From contig CM074809.1 in assembly GCA_037447605.1 (NCBI GenBank), forward strand, positions 2,532,689 to 2,596,688: DNA of 64,000 bases, given 5' to 3'. A program made the position numbers and the translations under genes. The notes under the pieces are model-generated. The model saw only the letters and a program-made list of their open reading frames with translations. It made no database searches and had not been told where the DNA came from. This DNA is from Zygnema circumcarinatum SAG 698-1b (lineage: Eukaryota; Plantae; Zygnematophyceae). Positions 26,131 through 37,400 of the stretch are shown here, one piece after another (within the stretch, counting starts at the first letter, position 1; each line of letters begins with the position of its first letter).

Positions 26131-26668
26131 AATTTCAACCGATTTCTTATACGGAGTACCGTACTTATTTGCAGGGGAAACGCGATGTCCTCGAAGTACA
26201 TACTCGTTTTGGCACCAGACTTGAGTCGCTTGATTTAAAACTCGCGATTACGGTATGGTCCCTGTCCTGCTCCACGGCCGAGTACCTACGCAGCGCGCGC
26301 TCAGAGCCTGCCCTGCCTCGTATCGACACACTCCCTGTGCATTAGATGGCGTGGCCATCGTGAGACCAATGCCGATGCCAATGCCAATGCCAATCCTCAT
26401 ACTTGCGTCCAACGGTTGGTTCATCGTGCGAGTGTCGTTTGGTATGACGCGACGTAGACACGTGTTACCTTCTGACTGTTGGATAGACTGCGAGCGAACG
26501 ACCGTTCGATATGCTACGTGGACACGCGCAATAATCGCACCGTTAGATTTCCACCTGCGGGAGCCGTTGGATAGGCCGTGTGGACTGGCGTTAGATGCTG
26601 GCCGTTGTATGCATGTGCGAAATTTGGTGAGGATGGCCGCTATTTGCCACGTGGACAGACCATCCGCG

Positions 26669-28131
26669 CTCTCTCTCTCTCTCCCTTTCCCCCCCTCTCA
26701 ATGGTTGCAACCACTGACTAGCTTCCCAGCCAACCATTGCAAGTAACTTCAACCACTGGACTATTGATTCCCGCTCCACCCAACCATTGCTAATGGTTGC
26801 AACCATTGGCTGGCTACCCAGCCAACCATTGCCAATAACTGCAACCATTGGACCATTGATTCCCGCCCCACCCAACCATTGGATCCAATGGTTGTAACCA
26901 TTGGCTGGCGTCCAGCCACCCATTGCCAATAAACGCAACCATTGGACCATTGATTCCCGCCCCACCCAACAATTGCCAATGGTGGCAACCATTGGCTCGA
27001 TATTCAGCCAACCATTGCCAATGTCTGCAACCATTGGACCATTGATTCCCGCCCCACCCAATGGTTGCAACTATTGGCTGGCTATCCAGCCAACCATTGC
27101 CAATAACTGCAACCGTTGGACCTTTGATTCCCGCCCCACCCAATCATTGCCAATGGTTGCAACCATTGGCTGGCTACCCAGCCAACCATGGCCAATAACC
27201 GCAACCATTCGACCATTGATTCCCGCCCCACCCAACCATTGGATCCAATGGTTGTAACCATTGGCGTGCTATCCAGCCAACCACTGCCAATGACTGCAAC
27301 CATTGGACCATTTATTCCCGCCCCACCCAACCATTCAATCCAATGGTTGGCTAGATCCGGAACCAACGGTTTGCAAATCGCGACCATTTCAATGGTTGAT
27401 CCAACCCATGGTCGTCCGCCCTGCCCTTGGCCCGGAATGTTTTCGGCTACCCTTCGCGGACGTCCGCGATTGGGCGTGCGTCGTCCGGGCAGCTGAAGGT
27501 TTAGTCCAGGGCAGCCCTACACTGTTTTCGGCTGCCATATCCTCGAAGCAAACGTCCGCGATTGGGCGAGCGTCGGCCGGGCAGCTCAAGTTTGGCGCCG
27601 GGCAGCATTCAAATGGTTATTTTGCCTTCCCCGCGAATGAATCGTCCGCGATTGGGCGAGCGGTGGCCGGGCAGCTGAAATTATTTCTGGTCCTCCGTCG
27701 CCGCGATTCCGATCAGGGGCAGCCCCCCTACGGCGCGTCCCGTCACGTCGCGCGCACCGTACGTCAGCATTCCCCCACGTCGGTGGCGCCACCTGTACGT
27801 CCGTACAGTCTGATCCACAGGGGAGATGAGGTAGGCGCGCGGCCGGCCATTTTGGGCCACCCCTTTGTCGTCCGGGCAGCTCGCTGCCAAACTTGAGCTG
27901 CCCTGCCGACGCTCGCCCAATCGCGGACGCTTGCTTCGCGTATGGGGCAGCCTGTAATAGGTTTGGTCTGCCCGGGTCCCTCCCCAAGCCCTCGCCCCGC
28001 GGCCCGGGCTGTCATGTCTTCCTTCCTCCCTCCCTCCCTCACCGACCACCCGCTCTCTCTCACTCTCTCGCTCACTCTCCCTCTCTCTCTTCTCTCTCTC
28101 TCTCTCTCTCTCTCGCTCTCTCTCTCCTCCT
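26669..28131 (+). mobile_element. Composite repeat element A, copy 1 (CT tract + palindromic 92-bp array + second 92-bp array + inverted unit + CT tract)
   Basis: Collinear and highly similar to 32066-33180. No transposase, TG..CA ends or TSD recognised. Confidence 0.65.
26696..27350. repeat. ~92-bp minisatellite, 7 units, made of overlapping palindromes
   Basis: Anchor gattcccgccccaccc (first copy gattcccgctccacc, last tattcccg) at 26766, 26858, 26952, 27044, 27126, 27218 and 27313. Contains CCAATGGTTGCAACCATTGG and CAACCATTGGATCCAATGGTTG palindromes and a TTGGCTGG-CTAC-CCAGCCAA hairpin. Confidence 0.92.
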
Positions 28132-28139
28132 GCCCATCC

Positions 28140-29124
28140 ATGGCCGTGCCAGGTGCTGCCAAGGCGGCAGCTTTCTGCTCCTTCTGGCTGCAGCTGTTGC
28201 AGCTGCTCGCAGCAGCGTTGGGCGGCGGGTTGAAGGCTGCTGCAGCCGCCCGCCCGCACCTGGAAGACCTTTGTCTCGTGTGGTGCACCGTCTCCTGGCA
28301 TGCGCTGGCTGCCATGGCGGTGCTTGGATACAGCGCTTGGGCGTGGCTGCTTGTGGGCGCCACGGAACTCGGAAAGGCCTACCTTTTCGCGGTGGACTGG
28401 TTGCACGAGGAGTTCGCAAAGGAGTTAGCGAATCCTCGTCGGGTATGACTTGCTGCACCTTTCAAATATTTCAAGCTTTTTGTTTTAAGGGTGGTTAGCA
28501 TCGGAAAGTGCTTTTTGCGTTTGTGCTGCTTGCTTTTGTATGGGCTAGTTTTGAAGGTTTGTATGCATACGCTTGACTGATTTGGCGTTTGCTGATATCT
28601 TGTTTGCAATACAGCTCCCCCAGACTGTGAAGACATATCCCATTGTGCGCGACTCGAAGAATTATTATGCCAAGTCCTCAGATTACCCGAACTTGAAGGC
28701 GCCGCTCTATGATGAGCCTGAGCCGCTATTCAGTGCGAGGCGGCCTCTGTTCCGCGACTCCTCGCCAGTTTTTAGTGCAAGCCAAAATGCATTCAGTGAG
28801 CCGCAGTACAGCCGCCGCCGCAATGGTCCCGGGGAAGGGAAAATGGGAGTGGGAAGAAATTTGCACAGCTCCTCTTCTTGGAAAAGGAAGCTGGGAAGCG
28901 ACCTCCAAGATTTGGTTACCATCCATGAAAGGCTGAACAGCGGTTGGGATATCGAGGCGAGCAATGCGGCCTTGGCGCGTGAATCGGCTCTTCTGCGCCA
29001 GTCACTGGCCCGCTTAGACAAAATGCTGCAAGTGAAGCCTCTCCATCCGATGTGGACTGATCCCAGAGGAGTGTTTTTGCCATCTGAGGATGGCCAGGGC
29101 TTCAAGTGTCCTCTGTGTCCTTGA
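28140..29124 (+). CDS. Two-exon hypothetical protein (~270 aa): hydrophobic N-terminus, coiled coil, ends GFKCPLCP
   Basis: Exon 1 28140-28442 (donor GTATGA) and exon 2 28615-29124 (acceptor tacag) join in phase 0. No family recognised. Confidence 0.7.
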
Positions 29125-29417
29125 TTGAGACAGGGTGTAAAAATAGAGTAGGAAGAAATAAGGCAATTTTTTTTTTGGTTGGAAAGAAGTGTGGCCCCCT
29201 ACAGCAGCATATCCTGCATGATGCATGGTTTTTGTTTCATATTGAAGCACAGCGTGACAATTGTCACGCTCTGTAGCGGTCCACAGTCCTTGAGTCCACA
29301 TAGCAGAATAACTGTGTCAGAAATTGTCAGTTGTAAATTTGTTGCCTTAAAAGGCTGTCCTTTTTGATGAAAAAAAGGTCTTTTTGATTGTATGACTCTC
29401 TCTGTACCTGTTTTTTG

Positions 29418-29427
29418 NNNNNNNNNN
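29418..29427. other. Assembly gap (10 N)
   Basis: Run of n in the sequence. Confidence 1.
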
Positions 29428-29863
29428 TTTGAAACATGGGCTTTTCAAGCTACATGGCCTGTTGGCAAGCGCATTGGTCTATTTGCATCATCACTGCACT
29501 GAGGTGATAGAAATGATTAGGAGTTGGTTGGCTGAATCGCCAGCACTTGTCTTTGTAACCTTGTCATCACCTTCTCTGACAATATTGCATCGAGAGTGAT
29601 TGTCCAGGTGGTGGGAGAGGGAGAGAGGGATGGAGGGGGGTGGGGAAGGGAAGGTCGCCCTCCACCGTGAAAACAGAATCAACAACTCTTGAAACAAATG
29701 TTTGCACTAGAACATAGAACTCCTCCCACACAGCCTACTTATGTTGGCCCCACCACTCAGTACCCAGTCATTCGAGGACTATAATCAGGTGCTCCATGAG
29801 CGTAAAAAATATCACTCCCCGTTAAGCATCACACCACTAGCCATACATATGTACATTGCGCCT

Positions 29864-31642
29864 TTACAGCCGCCTCAAGTTGTCCAGCCGAGCTTGCAAG
29901 TCGCTGTCTATGCCGTCGCCTTCAGGGGGCGGGCCTCCTCCCCCTCCCTGCTCCCGCCGGTTGAGCAACTTTGGCGGCTGTGGCCTGCACCTGGGGCTGG
30001 GCGGCAACCGCAGGAGCGTTCACAAGCTGCGGAAGGAGGGGCAAGGCAGAAAAATGTTTAAATTCCCGTCAGTAAGAGATTCAGGGGCTTGCTAATGGAG
30101 ATTATTGGCAGCATGGGAGACAGGCCGCATGCATCTGGAAGGAGGGTGGGGAGAAGGAAAAGTGGAATCCCAGGAATCCCTCTCTCTCTCTTCCTCCCTT
30201 CCCATCTCCCCCCCGCTTAGACTATATACAGACGAATGTGCCTTACCGCATCTACTGAACAGCAGCAACATGACCTTCTGCTTTACTAGACCATACATGT
30301 GGGTGAGTGCTTTCGATAATTAAGTGTATGTGCCTTTTATATAGAAGGAATGGTCTTTGCATTGGGAGAGAGTACGTGAATTTGAAGTCAATCCGAGTCT
30401 GCTGATGGACCTAACTGACCCAACTTTTTGCACTAACAACGGCATGAGCTGAATTCATGGGGACTCGCAGCAACTTCAACCAATGACATGGATCAGGTAA
30501 TTTGATCGAGCGTCCAACCCTTGAATTTTTATAACATATTGAGCAATTGACAAGATATCGTATTCCAAAGAAGAGAGCACGAACCTGCTGATCCAAATCA
30601 ATTCCAATTTCATCCAAAACTTGATTCACGAGCTCCTCCGTTTCCTCCTCTTCCTCGTCTCCTTCCAAGGCATCATCAATGGCATCCCCCATCATTTCCG
30701 AAGTCATTTCCATCTTCTCATTCTGACGCTCAAACTCCTGCATTATCTTTTGGAGCGCGGGCAGGTTGAGCTGCTTGTTCATTTGGCCCATGGCCTTCGT
30801 GACTCCCCTCATGGCTTCCGCCATGGCCTGTGTCGACTTCAGAGTCTGTACACAAACACAAAACTTTCAACAGCTGGCAGAACACGCCCTTCAAATGCAA
30901 AAACGTCTCATCAGGTTAGAGCTGATCCACTTCTAGTGCTTGCCTGAGAGGCTCAAGCTTTTGCTTTACCAAAATGCACCTAAAATGGATGTTGAGTATT
31001 GGATAAAAAGCTGCCTTCTTACCTGTATTCTTAATGAAATGCCCTGCAGCTGAGACTTCAGCGCATAAAACTTTGTTATTTGGTGCCTTGTTCGCCCTCA
31101 CAGCTCCCTGCAAGCCGGTCTCCCTGCCAGAGCATTAGTACGGAAAACACAGACGCCTTTACAGAGTCGAGTTTTCTGAGCAAACAGTGGGAGAAAAATA
31201 AGAATTTCGACGTAAGTTGAAACACAAAGTGGCAAAACTAGTCATGTTAAGTGCAGAACAACTATCCAACTAGGCAAGCGAATCGATTCTGCAGAAAGCA
31301 GGCGGCAAAACCGACCTCTATCCATTCGATAAAGAATAAATATTCACATGCATATTTTGCGTACACAGCATCGACATTTGACAATGAATGAATGCAAACA
31401 ATACGCTTCATTCAAAACTAAAAACGAAGGAAGGCATATAAATTAAGATGATGAACCCTGCACTTCGTCATGATGCACGCACGGCTGAACAAATGGCTCG
31501 AGGGAGCGACAGGAAAGCGAAAAGCCCACCATCTGCCCCTGCTTTGCAGTCTTCTTTATTTCTGCGATCAGTTTCTTCTCCTGTGCCTGCAGCTGCTGCC
31601 TCTCCCGCTCGATGTCCCGAATGGAGCGATCCAGCAGGAGCT
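29864..31642 (-). pseudogene. VPS2: VPS2.1/CHMP2-like ESCRT-III pseudogene (exon 1 missing, two deletions, one frameshift)
   Basis: Exons 31642-31530, 31107-31023 (85 nt; 105 expected), 30845-30585 and 30026-29864 (163 nt, not a multiple of 3). Conserved RENKRM and VMAKDLI segments are absent. TLKSTQAMAEAMRGVTKAM and IDSDLQARLDNLRRL* are intact. Confidence 0.85.
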
Positions 31643-31661
31643 CTGCAATAGCCACAGCCCA

Positions 31662-31850
31662 ACTCCACTTTTTGCCGATTTCTCCTCTTTGAACGCCGCC
31701 ATTGCAGAACGCAGCTCTAAGTTCGAGGAACACACGGAGGATGTAGGGAGGAGCCTGGAGCAGCTCGGAGAGCAGGCGGCGGTGGCCATGGCTGACCTTG
31801 AAGCGCATTACTATGCTTCACCTGACAGGGACTCTTCAGCAGACCAGCGG
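31662..31850 (+). pseudogene. MED22: C-terminal fragment of Mediator subunit 22
   Basis: LFADFSSLNAAIAERSSKFEEHTEDVGRSLEQLGEQAAVAMADLEAHYYAS matches, as I recall it, the plant MED22 C-terminus (IFSGFASLNDHVEQR..LKELESHYYSS). No N-terminal part or promoter upstream; VPS2 exon 2 begins about 20 bp away on the other strand. Confidence 0.7.
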
Positions 31851-32065
31851 ATAGTGCTAGCTCTCATGGATCGCAGTTCCTCATCCCTCGGTACAGCAGC
31901 TGCTGAACATCGTCTTCTTATCTTCTTGGCCTCAGCTTTTCCACACTGTTGCTTGTCACAGAGAAGGTTCCAAGCAGGGGTTTCAAAAGCAACCAGCAAG
32001 CCTCTACCTCTGTTCTCAGCACATTCTGTGAAATGGAAGCATGCCTCTATCAATGTCATTACCCC

Positions 32066-33180
32066 CTTTCTCCCTCTATCTCTCTCGCCCTCACTCTCTC
32101 ACCCCCTCCCTCACACTCCCTCTCCCCCTTTCCCTCTCTCCCTCTCTCCCTTTTTCCCCATCTCAATGGTAGCAACCATTGGCCGGCTACAAGTTAACCA
32201 TTGCCAATAACTGCAACCATTGGACCATTGATGCCCGCCCCACCCAATCATTGCCAATGGTTGCAGCCATTGCCAATAACTGCAACCATTCGACCATGGA
32301 CCATTGATTCCGTCCCCACCCAACCATTGGATCGGGAACCAACGGTTTGCAAATCGCGACCATTCCAATGGTTGATCCAACTCATGGTCCGTCCAGCCCT
32401 TGGCCCGGAATGTGTTCGGCTACCCTTCGCGGACGTCCGCGATTGGGCGAGCGTCGGCCGGGCAGCTGAATTCTGTCCACGGGCAGATTGGAAATGGTTT
32501 TGGCTGCCGCAACAGTGAAGCAAACGTCCGCGATTGGGCGTCTGTCGTCCGGGCAGCAGAAGGTTTGGTCCGGGGCAGCCCTAAACTGTTTTCGGCTGCC
32601 CAATCCTCCAAGCAAACGTCCGCAATTGGGTGAGCGTCGGTCGGGCAGCTCAAGTTTGGCTCCGGGCAGCATTCAAATGGTTTATTCTGCCCCACCAGCA
32701 AAAGTAATCGTCCGCGATTGGGCGAGCGGCGGCCGGGCAGCTGAAATTCTTTCTGGTCCTCCGTCGCCGCGATTCCGATCAGGGGCAGCCCCCCTACGGC
32801 GCGTCCCGTCTCGTAGCGCGCACCGTACGGCAGCATTCCCCCACGGCGGTGGTGCCACCTGTACGTCCGTACTGTCTGATCCACAGGGGAGATGAGGTAG
32901 GCGCGCGGCCGGCCATTTTGGGCCACCCCTTTGTCGTCCGGGCAGCTCGCTGCCAAACTTGAGCTGCCCGGCCGACGCTCGCCCAATCGCGGACGCTTGC
33001 TTCGCGTATGGGGCAGCCTGTAATAGGTTTGGGCTGCCCGGGTCCCTCCTCAAGGCCTCGCCCCGCGGCCCGGGCTGTCATGTCTCCCTCCCTCCCTCGC
33101 CGACCACCTGCTCTCTCTCGCTCTCTCTTCCTTTCCCCCCTCTCAATGGTTGTAACCATTAGCTGGCTTCCCAGCCAGCC
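32066..33180 (+). mobile_element. Composite repeat element A, copy 2
   Basis: Two palindromic units (32161-32335), four gtccgcgattgggcg units (32435, 32526, 32618, 32710), an inverted unit at ~32950-33005, a CT tract, then a restart of tctcaatggttgtaaccattagctggc. Confidence 0.65.
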
Positions 33181-33270
33181 GTGGGGAGGTGACGGGGGAG
33201 GTCACGGGAGGGGAGGGGGAGGGGAGGGGGAGGGGAGGGAAGGGGAGGGGAGGGGAGAGGACTGGAGGGG
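33181..33270 (+). repeat. G-rich (GGGGA)n tract, potential G-quadruplex
   Basis: gggaggggaggggaggggagggaaggggaggggagggg. Confidence 0.7.
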
Positions 33271-33929
33271 CGGGAAAGAAAATATTCAAAACAGGGGGGC
33301 TATCTCCACCCGAAATATCCAAAATGGGGGAGGGGGCAAAATAGCCAAAATGGGAAAGGGGCGGGATAACCAAAAAAGGGGGGGCGGTATATAGTTTTCC
33401 TATTTAAAAATCAGAGACCTTTTAAATCAGACCTATTTTTTTTTTTGGAGGAAGCTCAAGGACAAAGCCCCGACTGGAGGGACCCCCAAATTGTTGCCAC
33501 GTGGCGCGTTGTGGCTGCACGAGGGTAGCGTGTCGTTTTCGTAGGTGTCACGTAGGATAAGAGGCAATTGACCGTACTTCTTGGATAAGGTTTTTTTGTC
33601 GGATGCGGTGCTCACACGCGTGTGATATGACGTGGCAATGGACGGTCGTTGTAAAAAAAGTAAAAAGCTGGAATCCTGGCTTGCGTTGATTGGTCGGAAA
33701 CTTGTCGCGTACGCAAACGACATGTTTAACGTGTCTCTATCCATACGGTACGGTATCGCCGCACCGTACCGTGAAATTGTGAAGGCCGTCTGGATGGCGG
33801 CGCCCTCGGGAGGAAAGCCGCGCCACTAGCCTTTTGGGTTGGAAACGTGGTACAACTTGTTGGGAAACTCGCCATGCAATCTGTTTCATAGCCTGATCTT
33901 TCGTCTATGGGCCACTCGGTTTACATTGG

Positions 33930-34085
33930 GTCTCCATTTTGTCTTCGTCCATATATATTTGATGGCATCGCCATCGTGAGATTGATGCCAACTCATACAG
34001 GTTTTCACTGCACGAGAGAAGTGAATGGTCATCGGTCTTACAATGGCGAGGCCATCGAATGAATGTTTGTTCGTGGACAAAGGCC
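33930..34085. mobile_element. Fold-back repeat family B, degenerate inverted pair
   Basis: atttgatggcatcgccatcgtgagattgatgcc (minus-sense arm) followed by acaatggcgaggccatcgaatg (plus-sense arm). Confidence 0.55.
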
Positions 34086-34454
34086 ACACGCAGAATTTCG
34101 CCAAGTTTTTTTCTTGCAGTTAAGGCCCAACAACAACAACGACGCAGCCCTCGCGCCGCGGCGCTGTTCCGTGGCGCCGCGGAGCGCCGACGGTGTTTAT
34201 GCGCGCAGTTGGACGGTGTGGAGAACGGAGCAGGTGGCATGGAACGCGTGACGTGACGGCGCCTTCCTGCCTGCGGATTCCAGAAGCAGCAGGGATGGGC
34301 GGAAGGGGCGCGGTTCAGGGAAGGGAGGGGTTTGGCGCCATAGCCGTCGCTGCTCAAGCTTGCCCTCTCGTGCCACTGGAGCGGGACCGCCGCAGCCGCT
34401 ATAGCCGGGAAGGGACGCGACGTGAGAAGCGCTAAGTGAGCGACAGGCAGCGGT

Positions 34455-37400
34455 ATGGGAGGCGGCGGGCCAGCGGCTTCGGAGGTGGCGGCGGCGTCTG
34501 CAGGAGGAGGGCAGATGGAGGAGACAGGCTATGCTCGTGCAGAGGGGCCGGTAATGATGATGATGTCAAAGCGTCTGAGAGCGCTGCGGAAGAAGGCCAA
34601 TCGTATTTCGCAAATTGAGGAGTCGAAAGTGAGCGGGAAGGTGATCAACAAGGAGCAGGAGGAGATGTTGAGATCGAAGACTTCTGTGATGTTGCTCATT
34701 GACGAGTATGAGAAGCTGCGAACGCCGCTGCAGGCTTCTGTGAAAGAAGAGGTTGCTGAGGCTGAGAAGGTATTCCTCACGCAGGCTCTGCAGCAGAGGA
34801 GTACTGCTGCAGCGGCTGAAAGCGAGGGGAACGTGCAGGGAGAGCAGAAGGGGGAAGGGGAGGGCGTTGAAGAAAACGGGATTCCGCGTTCAGAAGCAGG
34901 CGGTGAAGCGGCTGACGGAAGGAAAGTGGAAGAGAGCAGAGAAGGATTGTCGGAAGTTTACGCTGCAGGGAATGCAGCGAGTGGAGGGAAAGGAATTGAT
35001 GGACTCGATCTTGTGAAGCTGATCGAAATGCTGTATTTTGGAGCTCTGTTTGACGTGAAGACGGCTGAAGGAAGCGGACATCCAGGAAGCGAAGCTGAAG
35101 TGCTTCGGTGGCGACGTGAACAGGAGCGGAATTCCTGTTTGTCGTATGATGTCGTTTCGGACGATGACGCAACACCGCCTCTGACTGAGCAGGATTTGGA
35201 TGCCATATCCATGCTCAGCCGACTGTTGACTTCTCGAAGCCCCAATGCTGGCAACCATAAGGAGGCAATTGAGCGTTGCCTGCAGCATGCCACGAAATGG
35301 TTGCAAGGAGTTGAGGAGCCAATTTCTGACAGCCTTCAATTGTCATGTAAGCATTGTCCCGCCATCCAGTGCTCACGTTTATATCTTGAACGTCGTGCAC
35401 CTTATCAAAACCCTCCAACGACAGATGTCAGGCCATGCATGGGGGGTTTCGTGAATACTTGCAACTATTAATGGACGGTGTTCCGTCACAAGGCACTTAC
35501 TGTAAATTATGTACGTTTGCAGCCTGTGAAACAATTGTGGTAAATTTCTCAGTGTCGTTGTTAGAATCGATTTTCCTTCCCAACTGGGATTCTACTCTGG
35601 TGGTTATGCAGGTGTTGACATGGTGGCTGATTGAATTTGATTCTGACAGATGAAGCCCGCTGACACAGAATAGCATGTCATTGGTCAAGAAGTCCGTTGT
35701 TGAAACTCTTTGGTCTTTGCGTAAATTCAGGGCGGATTTATTCAGCTTGACTACTTGGGCCTGAATTCAAGTTTTATCTTTACATGCACTTTTGCCAGTC
35801 CGCCATATTTAACTTCAAGCTCGCACTTTTCCGATTGTATTTTGTGGTAGTTTTACTCTTGTTTGTATTGAATTCTTTTTCTATTTGGTCAATTGAAGGT
35901 ACTTGACTCAAGAATTTGGTTCAACTGAGGTAGGCTCAGATATGTCCAATAGTTGTCACTGTCCTGATTTGGAAATCCTGATGCTGTTTTACTCTCAGCA
36001 GCAGCTTGTATCATATATGGTTGATATGTATGGCACATGAAGCGTAATTGCTTTACTCGACTGCTATTGCGGAAGCATTATCTGACAGCCTACGATACTA
36101 TATCTTTCTTGTTTTTTGCTCCATGTAATTGATAAGTTGTTCGAATTTCTGCATGACGTGCAGATGCACAGGTGAAGGACAGACTACGGCGCATTGTTTT
36201 GTCAGAATTTTTCACACGGAGTGTTTTGGACGTAAATGCCGAGGTAGCTGCAGCTGCAGCTGCATCAGGGCAGTTTGTCAGTGAAGCCTTGCCTGAGGTG
36301 CAGTCTACAGGGGTAAGTGGCCTGCCACGTTTGCCGGAGGCGGGGATGCTGGTGATTATGTCCTTGGATGCTTAATCAATTTTACAGGCTTCATTCTGTT
36401 ATTTGATTTAACTGCTATCATGTCTGTTTTGTTCATCATTTGGAAGGCCACGCCTAACATGATACGATCCCTATAGACGTATTGGTTAAAGTTGTAGTCC
36501 TTTTTATTGCCCGACTCAGCTAGCAATTTGTAATTTATGAGAGCTACTATTAGTATGCATCAATCGCTCTTAGTCCACTCATACCAGCTACTTGATTGGG
36601 GGTGGTGTTGGGTAGTGGGTTTGAACACTGTGGAAAGGAAACACTGCACTTGAGGAACATGACGCAATTGATTGTAGGAATTAAGTTGGCTGATTTCTGC
36701 TCAAGCTTCTTCGCCGCAGGACCAGGCAGGCGCACCTCAATATTACTCTGCGCCACCCTTCACTGAGTATGTTGTGGCTGGGCAAGACCATGGACTTCCA
36801 GAAGGAACCGCGGAGCACATGCTTGTGTCACCTGTTACAAACTTCGTGCCACAGGGTGGCTTTACTGTTGTGGATTCACAGGTACCTTCATTGACTTCTT
36901 AGACTTGTCTATTCTTTAGAGATTTCGAGTAGGTAGGCTCTCAGTCGGGTTAGTCTTAATCTTCCTTTTGCTCTGTTTCGTAGCATACCGTTTCTCGGTG
37001 TACATGCAACGATAGCATTATCTTATTTTTTCAAAATGCCGTGGAGCTATCCAGGATAAAGAGTTGCTCTTTTTAATTTGCAAATTGAAGGTTGTGTTTT
37101 CAAGACTGCCGTCCTTTTCATTCTTTTGTATAGGAAGTCCAATGTGACAAAAGCAATGCTTTCTGCTTCTTTGTGCATCATGCAGTCTAGATGCTTCTAC
37201 CAGTCCCTATAGCGAGCTGAGTGGTTAAGCTTTTGTCAAGTTTGAGTGCATAAATGGTGTAGTTCTTGTGAAGGTGTCGTCAGTGTTGCTGGAGGATATG
37301 TCTGCCCTGAATTTCGACCTGCTTCTGTTATGGTGCACTGCGTTTACCAGGTTCACCTTCAGTATCCCGGGCATGAGTCCATGAGTTCGAACATCTCAAC

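Noticed and set aside
26696-27350. CRISPR-like array (regular period, palindromic repeats)
   Set aside because: No unique spacers: the whole 92-bp unit is repeated. No cas genes, and the context is eukaryotic.
26591-28498. Many overlapping ORFs of 75-240 aa in the repeat element (also 32111-33394, 41491-41945, 50685-51196)
   Set aside because: They are translations of tandem, palindromic, GC-rich repeats in several frames at once, with no splice support or domain motifs.
31811-32059. Alternative VPS2 first exon (donor near 31822 is phase-compatible)
   Set aside because: Encodes MRASTIRWSAEESLS with no resemblance to the conserved FGK.KTP start, and it is antisense to the MED22 remnant.
31470-32210. 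246-aa plus-strand ORF as an intact gene
   Set aside because: It is a chimera of VPS2 antisense sequence, a MED22 fragment, 3' flank and repeat sequence.
26669-33180. LTR retroelement or Pack-type transposon with the two element A copies as terminal repeats capturing genes
   Set aside because: No TG..CA ends, PBS, PPT or TSD found. The copies differ in unit number, enclosed genes keep their introns, and the VPS2/MED22 junction is better explained by deletion.
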